Shown piece by piece: positions 1-12,592 of a DNA stretch of 64,000 nucleotides. The notes beneath the pieces were generated by a model. It ran no database searches, was not told where the DNA came from, and saw nothing but the letters and a program-made list of their open reading frames with translations. Location of the stretch: the NCBI RefSeq assembly GCF_006345805.1, contig NC_043011.1, forward strand, positions 58,912,464 through 58,976,463, written 5' to 3'. Source of the DNA: Octopus sinensis. Taxonomy: Eukaryota. Both the position numbers and the translations under genes were made by a program. Each line of letters starts with the position of its first letter. Position 1 is the stretch's first letter.

Positions 1-235
1 GTTGAAATCTCACCGAGTCCGATCTTTCATTTCATCCTTACGGGATCGATATAACGAAAGGACAATTAAGCATCGAATTTCATCGTATCGACAAGATTAC
101 TCTCCTGAAAAGTTGTTGCCCGTGTGCTAATCTCAGAAGAGAAAGTGATACGATTTTATAAAAGAACCTTTCACGTCATAAGTCAAGCTATAAGCTAAAA
201 TTCGCAGCACCTTTATTTTTTATCATTAATTCATC

Positions 236-318
236 CATTACGTTCTGAGTTCAAATTCCGCCGACGTCGACTCTGCCTTTCATCATTTCGTGGGGGATAA
301 ATTATGTACCAGATTCGC
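236..318 (+). mobile_element. SINE family A fragment (internal part)
   Basis: cgttctgagttcaaattccgccgacgtcgactctgcctttcatc matches the body of full copies at 3345-3545 and 6396-6626. Confidence 0.65.
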
Positions 319-319
319 T

Positions 320-620
320 AGTCAGGGTAGCTTTCAGGGTTGATCTGAGAGCTCTTCACTGATGCATTAAATGCATTCTTGAAGCGCTCCTTCTCTCCAC
401 GTTGTGTGTCTGCCCTTCGCCAGTTCAACGCAAAGCAGTCTTGTAATGAATCATGTATCAGGCATTCAAACAAGGCCGCCTGTCCACGTTACTTGCTCTT
501 TCTTCATCGATGTGTAAATGTTTGGCAGATCAGTAAAATATCCAAAAGGTTACGACCATTTGGAAATTTGGGAATTTTCTTAGGAAGTTTCATAGAATAG
601 AAAGTTTGCTGCATCGCGTC
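320..620 (-). mobile_element. RTE-clade LINE remnant (C-terminal part of ORF2, frameshifted)
   Basis: Minus-strand translation across frameshifts: DLPNIYTSMKKEQVTWTGGLV*MPDT*FITRLLCVELAKGRHT/RGEKERFKNAFNASVKSSQINPESY. This parallels the RTE motif RWAGHLVRMPDxRxPKxLLxGELxxGxRxxGxQxKRFKD. Confidence 0.7.
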
Positions 621-1182
621 TGGCCATATATTTTTCACTATAGATACGAAGATAGAATGAACAAATAGCGTCTAATTGATATACCTTCAAATACAGAGAC
701 ATATTCCAAAATCATATATGAGTAAAAATGATAAGCGATATATGAAAGAGGGTTATCGAAGGCAAATATTTGATTCAGTTTCATTGATAATTTCAACGCA
801 GTTCGACATTACAATCGTATATTCCGCAATCTGTAATACTTAAATATATAATACTTAAAATCAAAGGACAAACATTTCCAGATAGGAGTTGATGCGGATA
901 TGCTTCACATTATATTGATATAAGAAGAGACTTTGATGACAGCTGATGGTAGATATCCAGTTATATTTCATATTCAATCGAATTATTTCATTTTCTATCT
1001 TACTCTCTCACTTTTTCCCCCTCTCTCTCTCACGTTCCATCTCTCTCACTCACGCTCTCGAATACACTGTCTTCTTATATATGTCCGTATGATTGCGAAC
1101 AGAAGGATAGATAAATATCCACAAAAGTCTTAAGACATAGACCTACCCATCTTATATATTCATATAATTAACTAAGTGAATA

Positions 1183-1191
1183 CACACACAT

Positions 1192-1265
<74 letters not shown>

Positions 1266-1470
1266 TTGTGTGTGTGTGTGTGAGTATGTATGTATGTATG
1301 TATGTATGTATGTATGTATGTATGTATGTATGTATATATATATATATATTTGTGTATATATGTATGTACATATATATATGTATGTACATATATATGTATG
1401 CATATATATATATATATCTATATATATATATTCATGGCGAAAGAGATTGACATATATGCATAAATGAATA
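1183..1470. repeat. Compound microsatellite (CA)n(TA)n(TG)n(TATG)n(TA)n
   Basis: Read directly; source of several spurious ORFs. Confidence 0.95.
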
Positions 1471-1747
1471 TATACCCATGTACATGTGTATATGTGTGGG
1501 TATGTCGGAGCCAGCGTGAGTGTGTGGATGCATGTTGTTTCACTGCTGTGGCTGGAAGGAAACACTCTCTGGATTTCGCCCCCCCCCCATCAAATGTTTG
1601 ATCCTGCCAAACTGTGATCCTCATAATCTATAACACAGAGAATCAAAGAAAATAACTTTCAAACAAATTGAGATTCCATTCATATGAAACTTGGCATTTA
1701 CGTCAAAGGTCGGAATATTTCCTGTTATATATCTCTATAGGCTGAGA

Positions 1748-1760
1748 ATACACACACACG

Positions 1761-1809
<49 letters not shown>

Positions 1810-1860
1810 TTGTGTGTGTGTGTGTGTGTGAGTATGTATGTATGTATGTATGTATGTATG

Positions 1861-1902
<42 letters not shown>

Positions 1903-1915
1903 CACATATGTGAGT
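1748..1915. repeat. Second copy of the same compound microsatellite
   Basis: Same block order and same interruption (tgtgtgtgtttgtgtg...gagtatgtatg) as 1183-1470. Confidence 0.9.
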
Positions 1916-2100
1916 GTGTAAGAGAGCTAGAAATCAGCTGTTTGTTGTATAAATCGAATAAAATGATGAAATTGATGACATTAAATGATTGATCTATGAC
2001 AAAGATCCATGTTTCGTGTTGTAATCTATAATATTCACCACTATATATTGAAGAGTGTATCAAAAAATATTTAGCTTCGCTCAACTGGTGCTAACTTGCC

Positions 2101-2154
2101 ATTCACAATAGAGTAATAATTCACAATAGAGTAATAATTCACAATAGAGTAATA
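2101..2154 (+). repeat. 18-bp tandem repeat x3 (ATTCACAATAGAGTAATA)
   Basis: Three perfect adjacent units. Confidence 0.95.
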
Positions 2155-2228
2155 ATTATACAAGCTTCAAGAGGTACGTACTTTGTGACAATTACTCTGC
2201 ATTGCTCTGATTACACTCCTCACCTAAG

Positions 2229-2344
<116 letters not shown>

Positions 2345-2545
2345 TTTACTGAGATATACTTGCATAGCAAGTAACCTGATGTGAGATCGGTTGCCGGAAT
2401 GGCAGCACGGAAGTTTGGCAGTGATCAGTTCGCGGTTTCAAATTGATGGAAATATATTGGCAAATTAAATTTAATTGTTGAACTGAATCTAACGGTTTTT
2501 GTGTGTTTTTAAATGGCTTATAGACACCTTCCACGCTGCAATAAT
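2345..2545 (+). mobile_element. Diverged copy of the repeat family at 63238-63440 (opposite orientation); degenerate hammerhead-like core
   Basis: Reverse complement reads ttgcagcgtggaaggtgtctataagccatttaaaaacacacaaaaaccgttagattc... and aligns with 63238 onward; keeps GTGATCA (2421-2427) and GAAA (2449-2452). Confidence 0.8.
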
Positions 2546-3344
2546 AATAATAATAAATTCCTGAAATTATCTTTCAAGAAAACGCAGTACTAACGAAATA
2601 CCTTGAGTGTCTCCTTACATTTTGACTGAATTATTACCAGCAAACGCTTCCAAATATCATGTCTGCATAAATACTTAGAAACTATTCCTACCGAAAGAAC
2701 GGATTGTATGGAATATTTTCCATTCACACGAAATGTTCAGATTGTTCCGAATTTATTTACAACTTACGATGATTCTCCCAATGGAGACGCCTTCGTTACA
2801 GAGAATCTATCACAGAATCGTATCGCCTAATAAAGGATTTATCACGTAGTAAACGATTTGAAAGCACGAAAGAGCTAGTTTAGTTCAGATACACTGAAAG
2901 TTCTTGGTACCAATGTACGCTAACCATTCAAAGAAGAAAGGTCTGTGGCGATAGCGTGTCTATATTAGCAATGGAAATGTCTAATAGTTTGGCGGTGGTG
3001 AATTAGCGTGTATCTAGTTTTGTTTCACACCGATTTCATTTGGAAGTCGTCTCAGTAATTTAGTCTTCTGTAACGATAAAATAATTAGCGGTTAGTTACT
3101 GTTAATCAAATTAACCGAACATACACATTTCCTCAAAATATAAGGCTTCCTGTCTATGTTGAAGTAACACTAATATTACAAGTTCCAAAGCGTAGATTTA
3201 GCATAAATAATTCAACACCAGATATATTACTAAACCATATTTAGGCTACAATGTATAATTAGAATGTCGGTGAAGAAGGAACTTTACAGAATGTGTAGTC
3301 GCAAGAGAGGAAAATGTGAATGAGATCATATCTCTCAGAATCAT

Positions 3345-3545
3345 ATATTTCTTTATTGCCCACAAGGGGCTAAACATGGAGGGGACGGACAAGGACAGAC
3401 AAACGGATTGAGTCGATTATATCGACCCCAAATGGATGAAAGGCAACGTCGACCTCGGCGGAATTTGAACTCAGAACGCAACGGCAGACGAAATACAGCT
3501 AAGCATTTCGCCCGGCGTGCTAACGATCCTGCCAGTTCGCCGCCT
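3345..3545 (-). mobile_element. SINE family A with 16-bp target-site duplication
   Basis: Head ggcggcgaactggcagga..., B-box-like gagttcaaattcc, tail agccccttgtgggcaataaagaaa; TSD TATCTCTCAGAATCAT at 3329-3344 and 3546-3561. Confidence 0.9.
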
Positions 3546-5390
3546 TATCTCTCAGAATCATGGCATACTATATATATATATGTCACGTTGTGGTTCACAT
3601 CCTTTTCTGGATACCTATCTTTATTTTGTATCATTGCATTTCTGTTTTGTATTTAAGTTGTAACCATTATGTATAAAATGCTTTCCACCTACGTCGGACG
3701 CCGGTGATACACACTGCGCAAGATGGAGAAATTGCTGTTTCCATGCAAATGAATTACTATCAATACACATTTACTTTGATGCGTGGGACAGGAATAAACG
3801 TGATTTATATAGAGTGGCTCACAATGGGAAGTGAAACGAAAGACATTGATGACTCGCGCAGTTGTCATTTGTCAAGAGAAGAGGAACAAAAAGAGAATAA
3901 ATATATTTTAAGGCTGTAAAAAGCAAGTTGCTGTAATTCAGAATAACACAACCTTTCTGTTTTTTGCTTTGAAAGTATTTTCCTTCTCTCCGCCTGGCTA
4001 TCTTGATAGAGAGCATCCATCCGAAATGTCAATTTCTCTTCCTTTTATTTATTGATTTCTTTGTATATTTTTCCCGCTTTAGTTCTTTAGCCACTCAATA
4101 TGTATTTTTATACTAGCTTAATGCAAGGCAAACCCATAATACATTACTTGACTTATTATTAGAAGAGATGCTGTTTGTATGTCTGAACTCTACTAATGTG
4201 TATTTGGGATTCGATCATTTATAGTGTACAAGTGTCAACACCATCTCGATTATCAAGAACCAAAGCAAGTCGAAACTTGATCCGAATCTGGAAAAGCTAT
4301 TTTCATTGAAATGGTGATGCAACATAAAACAAGGCTGAAGAAACTTATTAAGCATTACTTCCTTCTCTCTCAATTGATAATGCGATCGGACACTCTGCTT
4401 GGTTATCATTCTTGACAGACTTTGCAGATTACACCTCTGATCGAAACCATTACCAATCTGTTTTATTTTTTATATTTTGTTCATCTGGAGCAACATTATG
4501 TAAAATCTTTTTATATTGTTGCTTTTAAACAAGGAACGCCTGATTCCAGAATGATGTGGATGATTTTCTAGATTATTCAGCGAGATAGTGTTGTTGCACT
4601 TTTGTCGGTCACTTGTTCAACCATAAATATGGAGGCTTATCAAATACAATCCTAAAATTGCCATTTCGTTCATGTTCGGACACTGAAGAACTAGGATTCC
4701 ATTAGTCTTACGTAACAGGAAATCAAATAATTTAAGAAGGATTTTGTTGCTATTTCTAGCAGTCTACCTGTCAGTGTGCAGCCTTCCACTTTGACGTATT
4801 GTTTTATCTAATGGATATTCTCGCACTTGCTACTGTATTTATTCTTGTATTTATTTTTTATTGATTAGCTTTCGCAGAGAGGTCATGTGGTCAATGACCC
4901 TCCCATTACTGTTTTTTTTTCTTCTTAGGGCGATATTCTCAGATACATAATTCCGCAGCCCAATATATGATTGCTGATTTTACGACTACCGAATAATTAC
5001 ATAAACATGTTGTTGGTGAATGTTAACCCCAGAACAAACCTACTTCAGATGATTTATGAGAGAAATAGCTCTGTTCTTACTAATCATATATTTTTGCAAA
5101 CAAGAGGCGTTAGTATCCAATCTGCTTATATTATAAAAAAAAACGGGGGTCATGCTTTGGGGATTTGGTTGCTATCTCTACCATGCAAAGTCACTGTATA
5201 GGGGATGCACCACTTCAGTGATAGTAATTGATAATGTTCTTTTCTATTCGAGGCACAATTTCCCAAATATTAGGGGAGGGCGTCAGTCTATTAGATCGGC
5301 CTCATTACAGTATCAGCCTTCAAACGATAAAAGGCAATGTCGACCTCGGTGGAATTTGAACTCGGACCGTAAAGACAGACTAAATATATG

Positions 5391-5619
5391 TTTCTTTATT
5401 ACCCACAAGGGGCTAAACACAGAGAGGACAAACAAGGACAGACAAACGGATTAAGTCGATTACATCGAACCCAGTGCGTAACTAGTATTTAATTTATCGA
5501 TCCCAAAAGGATGAAAGGCAAAGTCGACCCAGGCGGAATTTGAACTCTGAACGTAACGGCAGACGAAATACGGCTGCCCATTTCGCCCGGCGTGCTAACG
5601 ATTCTGCCAGCTCGCCGCC
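5391..5619 (-). mobile_element. SINE family A, full length (older fragment adjacent at ~5255-5385)
   Basis: Same head, body and tail as the other family A copies. Confidence 0.9.
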
Positions 5620-6159
5620 ATAGTAATTGGTAATATTACCGTGTTAATACGCTGAGCGTTAAGCTGGATAAATGAATAAATCGTTTAGAACATCGGACCC
5701 AACAATTATATTCTGCAATAAAACCTCGTGGTTCATTTGGGGTTCCTTATATTCACTGTGGCTCTAAATAGTGTTTCCCATTATACGACTGACTCTTTCC
5801 TGTCAAGCTTGCTGGTGCCTAATTCCTTTGTAGCTGTATCTCATCATAAGAAAACATTATTGAATTAATTCCAACATGGCTTTCATGAATAAAACGCATA
5901 AATAATTGTTTCAATTGAGCGATTATACAAAATATTTAAGATGTGAAGTAATTTGTACGTAATAGTACATTCTGCACAGCGCCTAGAATATTTTAGCGAA
6001 GGAGCGAGTCGATTACATGGTCCCCTGTGCACAACTGGTATCCATTTCCTCGATCCTAAAGAGATGAAAGACAAAATTAACTTAAATATAATTTGAAATC
6101 TGAACGTGAAGATCGACAAATCCGCTGTCTCACAGTCTTCTTCTATGTTATAATCCTTT

Positions 6160-6345
6160 CTACTTTGGGAACAAGGCTAGAAATTTTAGGGCAGGGGACT
6201 AGTCGATTACATCTACCCCAGTGTTTCACTGGTATTTAATTCATCGGCCCAGAAAGTATGAAAAGCAAAGTCAAGCTGGGCGAAATTTGAACTCAGAACG
6301 AAACGACGAGCGAAACACCGATAAGTATGTCGTCCAGTGTGCAAA
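6160..6345 (-). mobile_element. Older SINE family A copy
   Basis: gtcgattacatctaccccagtg...gaaaagcaaagtcaagctgggcgaaatttgaactcagaacg. Confidence 0.7.
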
Positions 6346-6395
6346 TGACTCTAGCAGCTAGACGCTTTTTTCTACGTTATGATAAAAACCGGAAA

Positions 6396-6626
6396 GGCGG
6401 CGAGCTGGCAGAAACGTTAGCGCGGCGGGCAAAATGCTTAGCGGTATTTCGTCTGTCGTTACGTTGTGAGTTCAAATTCCGTCGAGGTCGACTTTGCCTT
6501 TCATCCTTTCGGGGTCGATATATAAAGTACCAGTTTCGCACTGGGGTCGATGTAATCGACTTAATCCCTTTGTCCGTCCTTGTTTGTCCCCTCTATGTTT
6601 AGCCCCTTGTGAGTAGTAAAAAAATA
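6396..6626 (+). mobile_element. SINE family A, full length
   Basis: ggcggcgagctggcagaaacgttagc...gagttcaaattcc...agccccttgtgagtagtaaa; imperfect flanking repeat ataaaaaccg(g)aaag. Confidence 0.9.
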
Positions 6627-7364
6627 TATAATAAAAACCGAAAGATACTGGCAAATAATTAGCTGATCAGAATAATAACAACCCTCTGACCTTACACAAA
6701 AACTAACGATGTATAATAGTGTAATAATTAGAAGGCTCATTAACAGCAATTAATACATATTTCTAATAAAGCTTGGAATTGATAAAGCGGCTAATCATCA
6801 AAATACGTCGTTATATTTGTGGATATAAAGTGTATGCCACTGTTGACACTTGGAATTGTCTTCAGATATATTTTCTTGTTTCAGCATCCAGGAATATATA
6901 TTTAATAATCTGGTAAATTTTCTATAAATTTGAATGAGATTAATGTCTACAGAATAAGAGACGCAGTAATAAAGTTTACGATGCCGTTTCTAAAGGTGAC
7001 GTTTCAACCCGAATGGTTTTCGAGTGATTTTCTTACGCTCATATTTCTAAAACCTATATCCTTTATTATTAATTTACCGTTCTCTTCGCTTCTATCTAGT
7101 CTCCAATATAAATGTATTTTCATGGGTTTCTTTTGTATACGTGCAAAAATGAATGCGGGTTTCTGAGGGTGATTGATATTTGACATTTCTAATAGATCTT
7201 ATTCGCAATGCCATTTCATATTTTGCCATAAATAATAAGTTTTCACTTCAACAGAAACAATGTTAAACTATGTTGCCATGAATATGGTAACAGAGAACCT
7301 ATGAAGCCCGATATATTATCAACCAATACTACAGTACAGTTATTAATAATGGGTTCGAATTTAG

Positions 7365-7545
7365 GCACAAGACCAGCGGTGGAGAGGAAAATTCGATTAC
7401 ATCGACCTCAGTGCTCGGCTAGTACTTCTTTTATCGGCCCTGGAATGCAAATTCAACCTCAACAGAATTTGAAGGCAGAACGTAAAGACGGACGAAATGC
7501 CACTAACGATTCTGCTTGGATGTTAACGGTTCTGCCAGTATGCTA
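7365..7545 (-). mobile_element. Older SINE family A copy
   Basis: cgattacatcgacctcagtg...aatttgaaggcagaacgtaaagacggacgaaatgc. Confidence 0.65.
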
Positions 7546-8717
7546 CATGGCAGCTTCTAATAATAATCCTAACGTCTAATAGACGCTTGTGCAGGAATTT
7601 GGATGCGTTGAAATTCATTATGTTGTTATACCAAATGTTAAGATTTTTTTTGGAAGAAGAATGTTGAGTGGAATAAGCCAAAACACCGTAAGAAAGCGAG
7701 GAATACATCATACTTGCATATTTCTAGGGATAGGGATAAGATTATACGCATTGGCCCCATCAAAAGAAAGGCCCTTTCGAGCAACATTTAGAGCTACAGA
7801 GCATTGAATTGTTTAGTAGGATGAATTGAAAGCTCTCAAATGTCGCTGGGAAAGCAAAGAAGATAATACAACTGCCTACGAACACTGAAGTTATGCTGAA
7901 ATCTGATGCACGAGCGTATGCGGGATAAAGAGGCAACCAATGGTTTATAAGTTCGAGGTTGAAGGAGCAAATATAAAGTAGTCCTCTACGAGAATGTAGA
8001 TCAGATTCTAAAGGGATTACCAAAGATGCTATAATTGTATGTGACAGCGCGCGCTTTTGATTCTACTTTTGACAGTTCACACTGCTAATATATAATAGGA
8101 ATATATGTTGGTTACAAACTTTGAGCAATCAAAACTTTCCGCCTTTTGTGTTATCCTTGTATTAGAGACTATGAAAGCTAACAGTTTCTACAAAACATTG
8201 GTCGTTAAAATTGAGTTGTGTGCTTCACACTTTTAAATAATCTATACTTTAGTAATTTCACTTGCACAAAACAGAATATCATATAACGTGGAATTAAATC
8301 GCTAAAAGTTATTTTATACTTCCTTAATGAAATTTAGACATAAACTGGTTCAAAGATGGAGTAGCGTTTAACAAGTTTACTTGATAGTTTACTTGTTTTT
8401 GTTCTATTCTTTCCATTCTTATACGCCCATACAACGTTCTCAGTTGTCGCAGTTTCGCAATATCGAATGATGGAGTTGTTGGCATTCGATTGGTTTGATA
8501 ATGTCATTCCTGATTTCTTTCTTTCCTTTCAGAATTACTTTAAGATAGAACTGACTAAGTTTATGTTTTATTTACATTCCTCATTTTTGTATATTCTTAT
8601 AATGAAAACGGATGATTCACTAGTCCAGAATCTTCTCATGTAACTTCTTTAGAATTACAATACTTGTCATAGCTTTATATCGATTTTCTTAAAGAAAAAT
8701 GTAATTAAACTAAAAAT

Positions 8718-8791
<74 letters not shown>

Positions 8792-10934
8792 AGCATTTAC
8801 GCTAGAGTCTTACTCTGCTATTCTATCAGCATAGCTCATAAGTTTCCTTTTGAAACATATGAGCAATTAACTTGAAATTCATATTGTACGGCGTTGGTCC
8901 CCAACATATTCTTGCCGCTGGCAGAAATTCTCTAACTTAAAATAAACTTTGGAGGCAGTAAAGTATATTTCATAATCATGTGGACTCCGAACAATGAAAT
9001 GCAATAAAATATGTCTTTGTATTTTTAACAGAAAAAATCTATTCTCAAATATATATGAGATTTCCAAGGAAACCATAAGTTTTGCATCCAATGTTGCAAA
9101 AACAAAATTCAAAGAAAGAAATTCACAAATGCAGAATTGGAACGTAATATTTATCTATTCTTTCGGTATCGAACCAAAGAGAAAACATCCAGATATCCCA
9201 GTCAAATGACACTGCTATTGTCTAGGAGAAGAAAAAACAGACAAAACTCTGGGTTATTGAAAATTTTCGATTACATATATGCTTCTTAGAAGATGGTACT
9301 AAATAAGAACAAATATGAGAACTTCCATATAATTACGTTCTTCATGGTCTGAAAACAAAATTTCAGAATAGCCACTCATAGCATTACGAAGTTGTAATTT
9401 TATTATGTTTGACAATTTTCTTATTTTAAACACACTGTAATGCTTTTCATTTTTTTTTATTGTTTTGAAAACAGTCGTGCCAATTCTTCTCAGGAATGAT
9501 TTATTACCTGAGTTATTTTACTCAATAACAGAATATGCTACATCTGCCTGAAAAAAGTTCTCACAATACTGGACTACCTACAACGAAATCGGACAGGTAG
9601 GTAATACATATATTATAAACATTTTGGATAATCCATTGTGCAAACACTGATTATGGGTCTGGAAGCTTAAAAATAACCGCAACACAACAGCAAAAACATA
9701 AACAACATCAATATCAACAACAGAAACAACGTCATATCTATGCACCTTCCATTCAACACCATGTCATCTTATTTGCCAAACCTTTCTGCTAACCTCAACT
9801 ACTAATAATACTAATACAATTGCTACTGATACTAACAGTACTACGGATATGAGTAGCGTTACGCTAAAAGCTACAGTGACTGGTCTTCGTGATAATATAA
9901 ATATGTATTGACACAAAGGCAGATATCATTTGGAAAGAAAAGTAATAATCGATTAAATAATCCGTAGTTGAATGGAAATTAAATGGTATATTGCCGAGGG
10001 ATAGGTGGTAACTATTTCTAAGATTCGTCTGAAGTGCATTCACGAAATGCTGTAAGTTTCCGTTTTTTTTTGTTTCATTTTTGTTTTGTTTATTTTGCGA
10101 ATATATTCTGCATTGCTTATTGGTTAAGATCTGAAATGCTTGTTTAAAATCGCGTCTTTAACTCTAAATATATTTAAATAGAGCGGTTAATTGTGCGGAG
10201 TGTTATTTGCGCTTCCTGCATCATTGAAAAACCTTCTCTGGTTTCCATTACTTCATTGCCAAAAAATGCTGGATCGATGTTGTTGACTAATAGTTTCGGT
10301 TAACGGGTTCGCAAATTTCTGGATACCAAAAACAGTCAAGAAGTGACTTTCCCAGCCGCCTACACCGTTTCACCGTCTGTGAATGATAGTTATCTGCAAA
10401 CAGGGTTTCGATGATCTTGTAACTGTAGCGCCTGCTCTCCACTGGTTCTATATAATCCTCGCCCTTTCCATTTTTTTATAGTTCACCAGTGCAACAGGTC
10501 TTTCTTCTTGATTTTGTTATCACAATGTGATATCTTGAACGTTTGATTTGCACTGTTTATTTAATTTGCCCACATAATGGCAGACTGATCTTTGATATTC
10601 CTTTCTAGCAATAGCCGAGAGTAAAGTTTGAAACCTCATCTTCATCTCTCCTGACTTTATATCCATTCTTCTCATTTCTGCCTTGACTTACCACTAATAC
10701 TATGAGAACCAAGGAGCAACATACCATAAATTACTATTATTGTGTATGTCCTCATTCTCAATTTTGTATTTTTGTGCTCCAAATGAGGGTCTATAAAAGT
10801 AGGACGTAGAAGCGCGACTATTTCAACCATTTTCAACTAATTTTGAGAAGCAAATATACATGTTGGCTATATCTTGCTGAATCACGTATCGTTATTCTGT
10901 TAAATTGTTTTTTTACGTTAAGTTGTGTTTAAAT

Positions 10935-11058
10935 TCTGAGTTCAAAATCTGTCGAGGTCGACTTTTCTTTTCATCCTTTCGGGGTCGATAAATTAAGTAC
11001 CAGCGGAGTACTGGGGTTGATTTAACCTCTCCCCACAAATTTTAGACATCATGCCTAT
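10935..11058 (+). mobile_element. SINE family A fragment
   Basis: ctgagttcaaaatctgtcgaggtcgacttttctttcatcctttcggggtcgataaattaagtacc. Confidence 0.75.
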
Positions 11059-11060
11059 AC

Positions 11061-11274
11061 TCTTTTACCCTTTTACTTGTTTCAGTCATCTGACAGTGAC
11101 CATGCCGGAGCACCGCCTTTAAGTAGAGGAAATCGACACCAGGACTTATGCTTTGTAAGCCGAGTGCATATTTTAGCGGTCTCTTTTGCCGAACCGCAAA
11201 GTTACGGAGATGTAAACACACCACACCAGCATCGGTTGTCAGGTGATGTTGGGGGGACAAACACAGACACACAA

Positions 11275-11335
<61 letters not shown>

Positions 11336-11501
11336 TACGACGAGCTTCTTTCAGTTTCCGTCTACCAAATCCACTCACAAGGCTTTGGTCGGCCCGAGGC
11401 TATATTAGAAGACACTTGCCGAAGGTGCCACGCAGTAGGGCTGGACCCGGAACCATGTGGTTGGTAAGCAAGCTACTTCCCACACAGCCACTCCTGCGCC
11501 T
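11061..11501 (-). mobile_element. SINE family B (tRNA-like head, CORE-like box, internal (TA)n), full length
   Basis: Reverse complement aggcgcaggagtggctgtgtgg...ggttccgggtcc...gcaccttcggcaagtgtcttc...ggcggtgctccggcatggtc...gactgaaacaagtaaaa; matches 35143 and 62844. Confidence 0.9.
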
Positions 11502-11994
11502 ATAGTAGACAAGATGTTAGAAAGCCCCATATAGATGAAATTTTCTATGCTGATTCATGCTTAAAGAGTGGCGGTAGTCAAACACAGTTTGGCCTACGAT
11601 CTGCCAGAGTCTTTTAGTTTTGCTAGCAACAATTTCGTAGACAGAACAAAGAAAAAAAGGATAACGAAAGTTATCCACTTTCAGCCCACGCGTGTATTTC
11701 TGTAAAGCAGGTTTGTAATTGTTATATTGCTTGACATTTATAAAATCTCTGTTTGTTTACTTCTGCGTAATTTCGCCGACTGAAAGCCATTACAAATCAC
11801 GTGGAACGAAAATAAAAGTTCAAAATATTCAATAAAAGACACAACAACGAAAGGAAATAAACTCTTTCTTATTTAATTACCTTTGTTTGGCTCAAACAAG
11901 TAAACACGTAAGATCATCCAGGTTTTGTAAGATCCTTGAAAAACAACGATGGAGAAGATGAAAAACAATTCCGTTCAATATGGAATCCATTGCT

Positions 11995-12007
11995 GCTATT
12001 ACTGCTG

Positions 12008-12064
<57 letters not shown>

Positions 12065-12090
12065 ATACTACTACTACAGATAATAATAAT
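11995..12090. repeat. (CTA)n trinucleotide tract
   Basis: Read directly. Confidence 0.95.
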
Positions 12091-12418
12091 GTCTGTATTT
12101 TTGGCACAAGACCAGCAATTTGAGGCGAAAAAGGGCAAATCGATCACTCATCTTTATCGCTCCCGATTGTAAATTTCCCCGCGGTTTGATTTGAACTCGG
12201 AACATAATGACCCAAAGTAAAAGCCTCATGAAGGTATTTTTCTCAGACACCCACAATAACTAAAGTAATGAAAACAATAGTAACTTACTAAAAGTTTTAG
12301 TTAATTTTCTTAATAGATTGGGACATTTATCTTATCGTATCGACGAAATCTTTACTTGCTTGAATTTATTAACTAAACGTTTACCTAAAATAGAAAACGT
12401 TAGATAAGATAGAGACTG

Positions 12419-12592
12419 TAAACTTTGGGAATTGGTCTAGAAATACACGAAGAGATTCTTATGAAGGGAAGAATCACTGATAAAGTTACAAGCACAAAAA
12501 TGAATATGAAAACAAGAAGAGTAGTTAAAATCAGACAAATATTAAAAATGTAACGCAATTCTTAAAATAATATACTCGATAGACATTCGAGT
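12419..12592 (+). mobile_element. Second copy of the 3' segment of the Chapaev-like element at 13954-14462
   Basis: aaactttgggaattggtctagaaatacacggaagagattcttatgaa...aaaatcagacaaatattaaaaatgta...aatatactcgatagacatt aligns with 14300-14460. Confidence 0.8.

Noticed and set aside
4215-4409. Protein-like minus-strand ORF (QLREKEVMLNKFLQP...)
   Set aside because: No recognisable family, no splice support, and the length is within chance expectation
10150-10660. Protein-like reading frames on the minus strand (EPVESRRYSYKIIETLFADNY...)
   Set aside because: Multiple stops and no convincing motif series
10791-10798. TATAAAAG as a TATA box
   Set aside because: Common by chance in this AT-rich DNA, with no plus-strand gene evidence downstream
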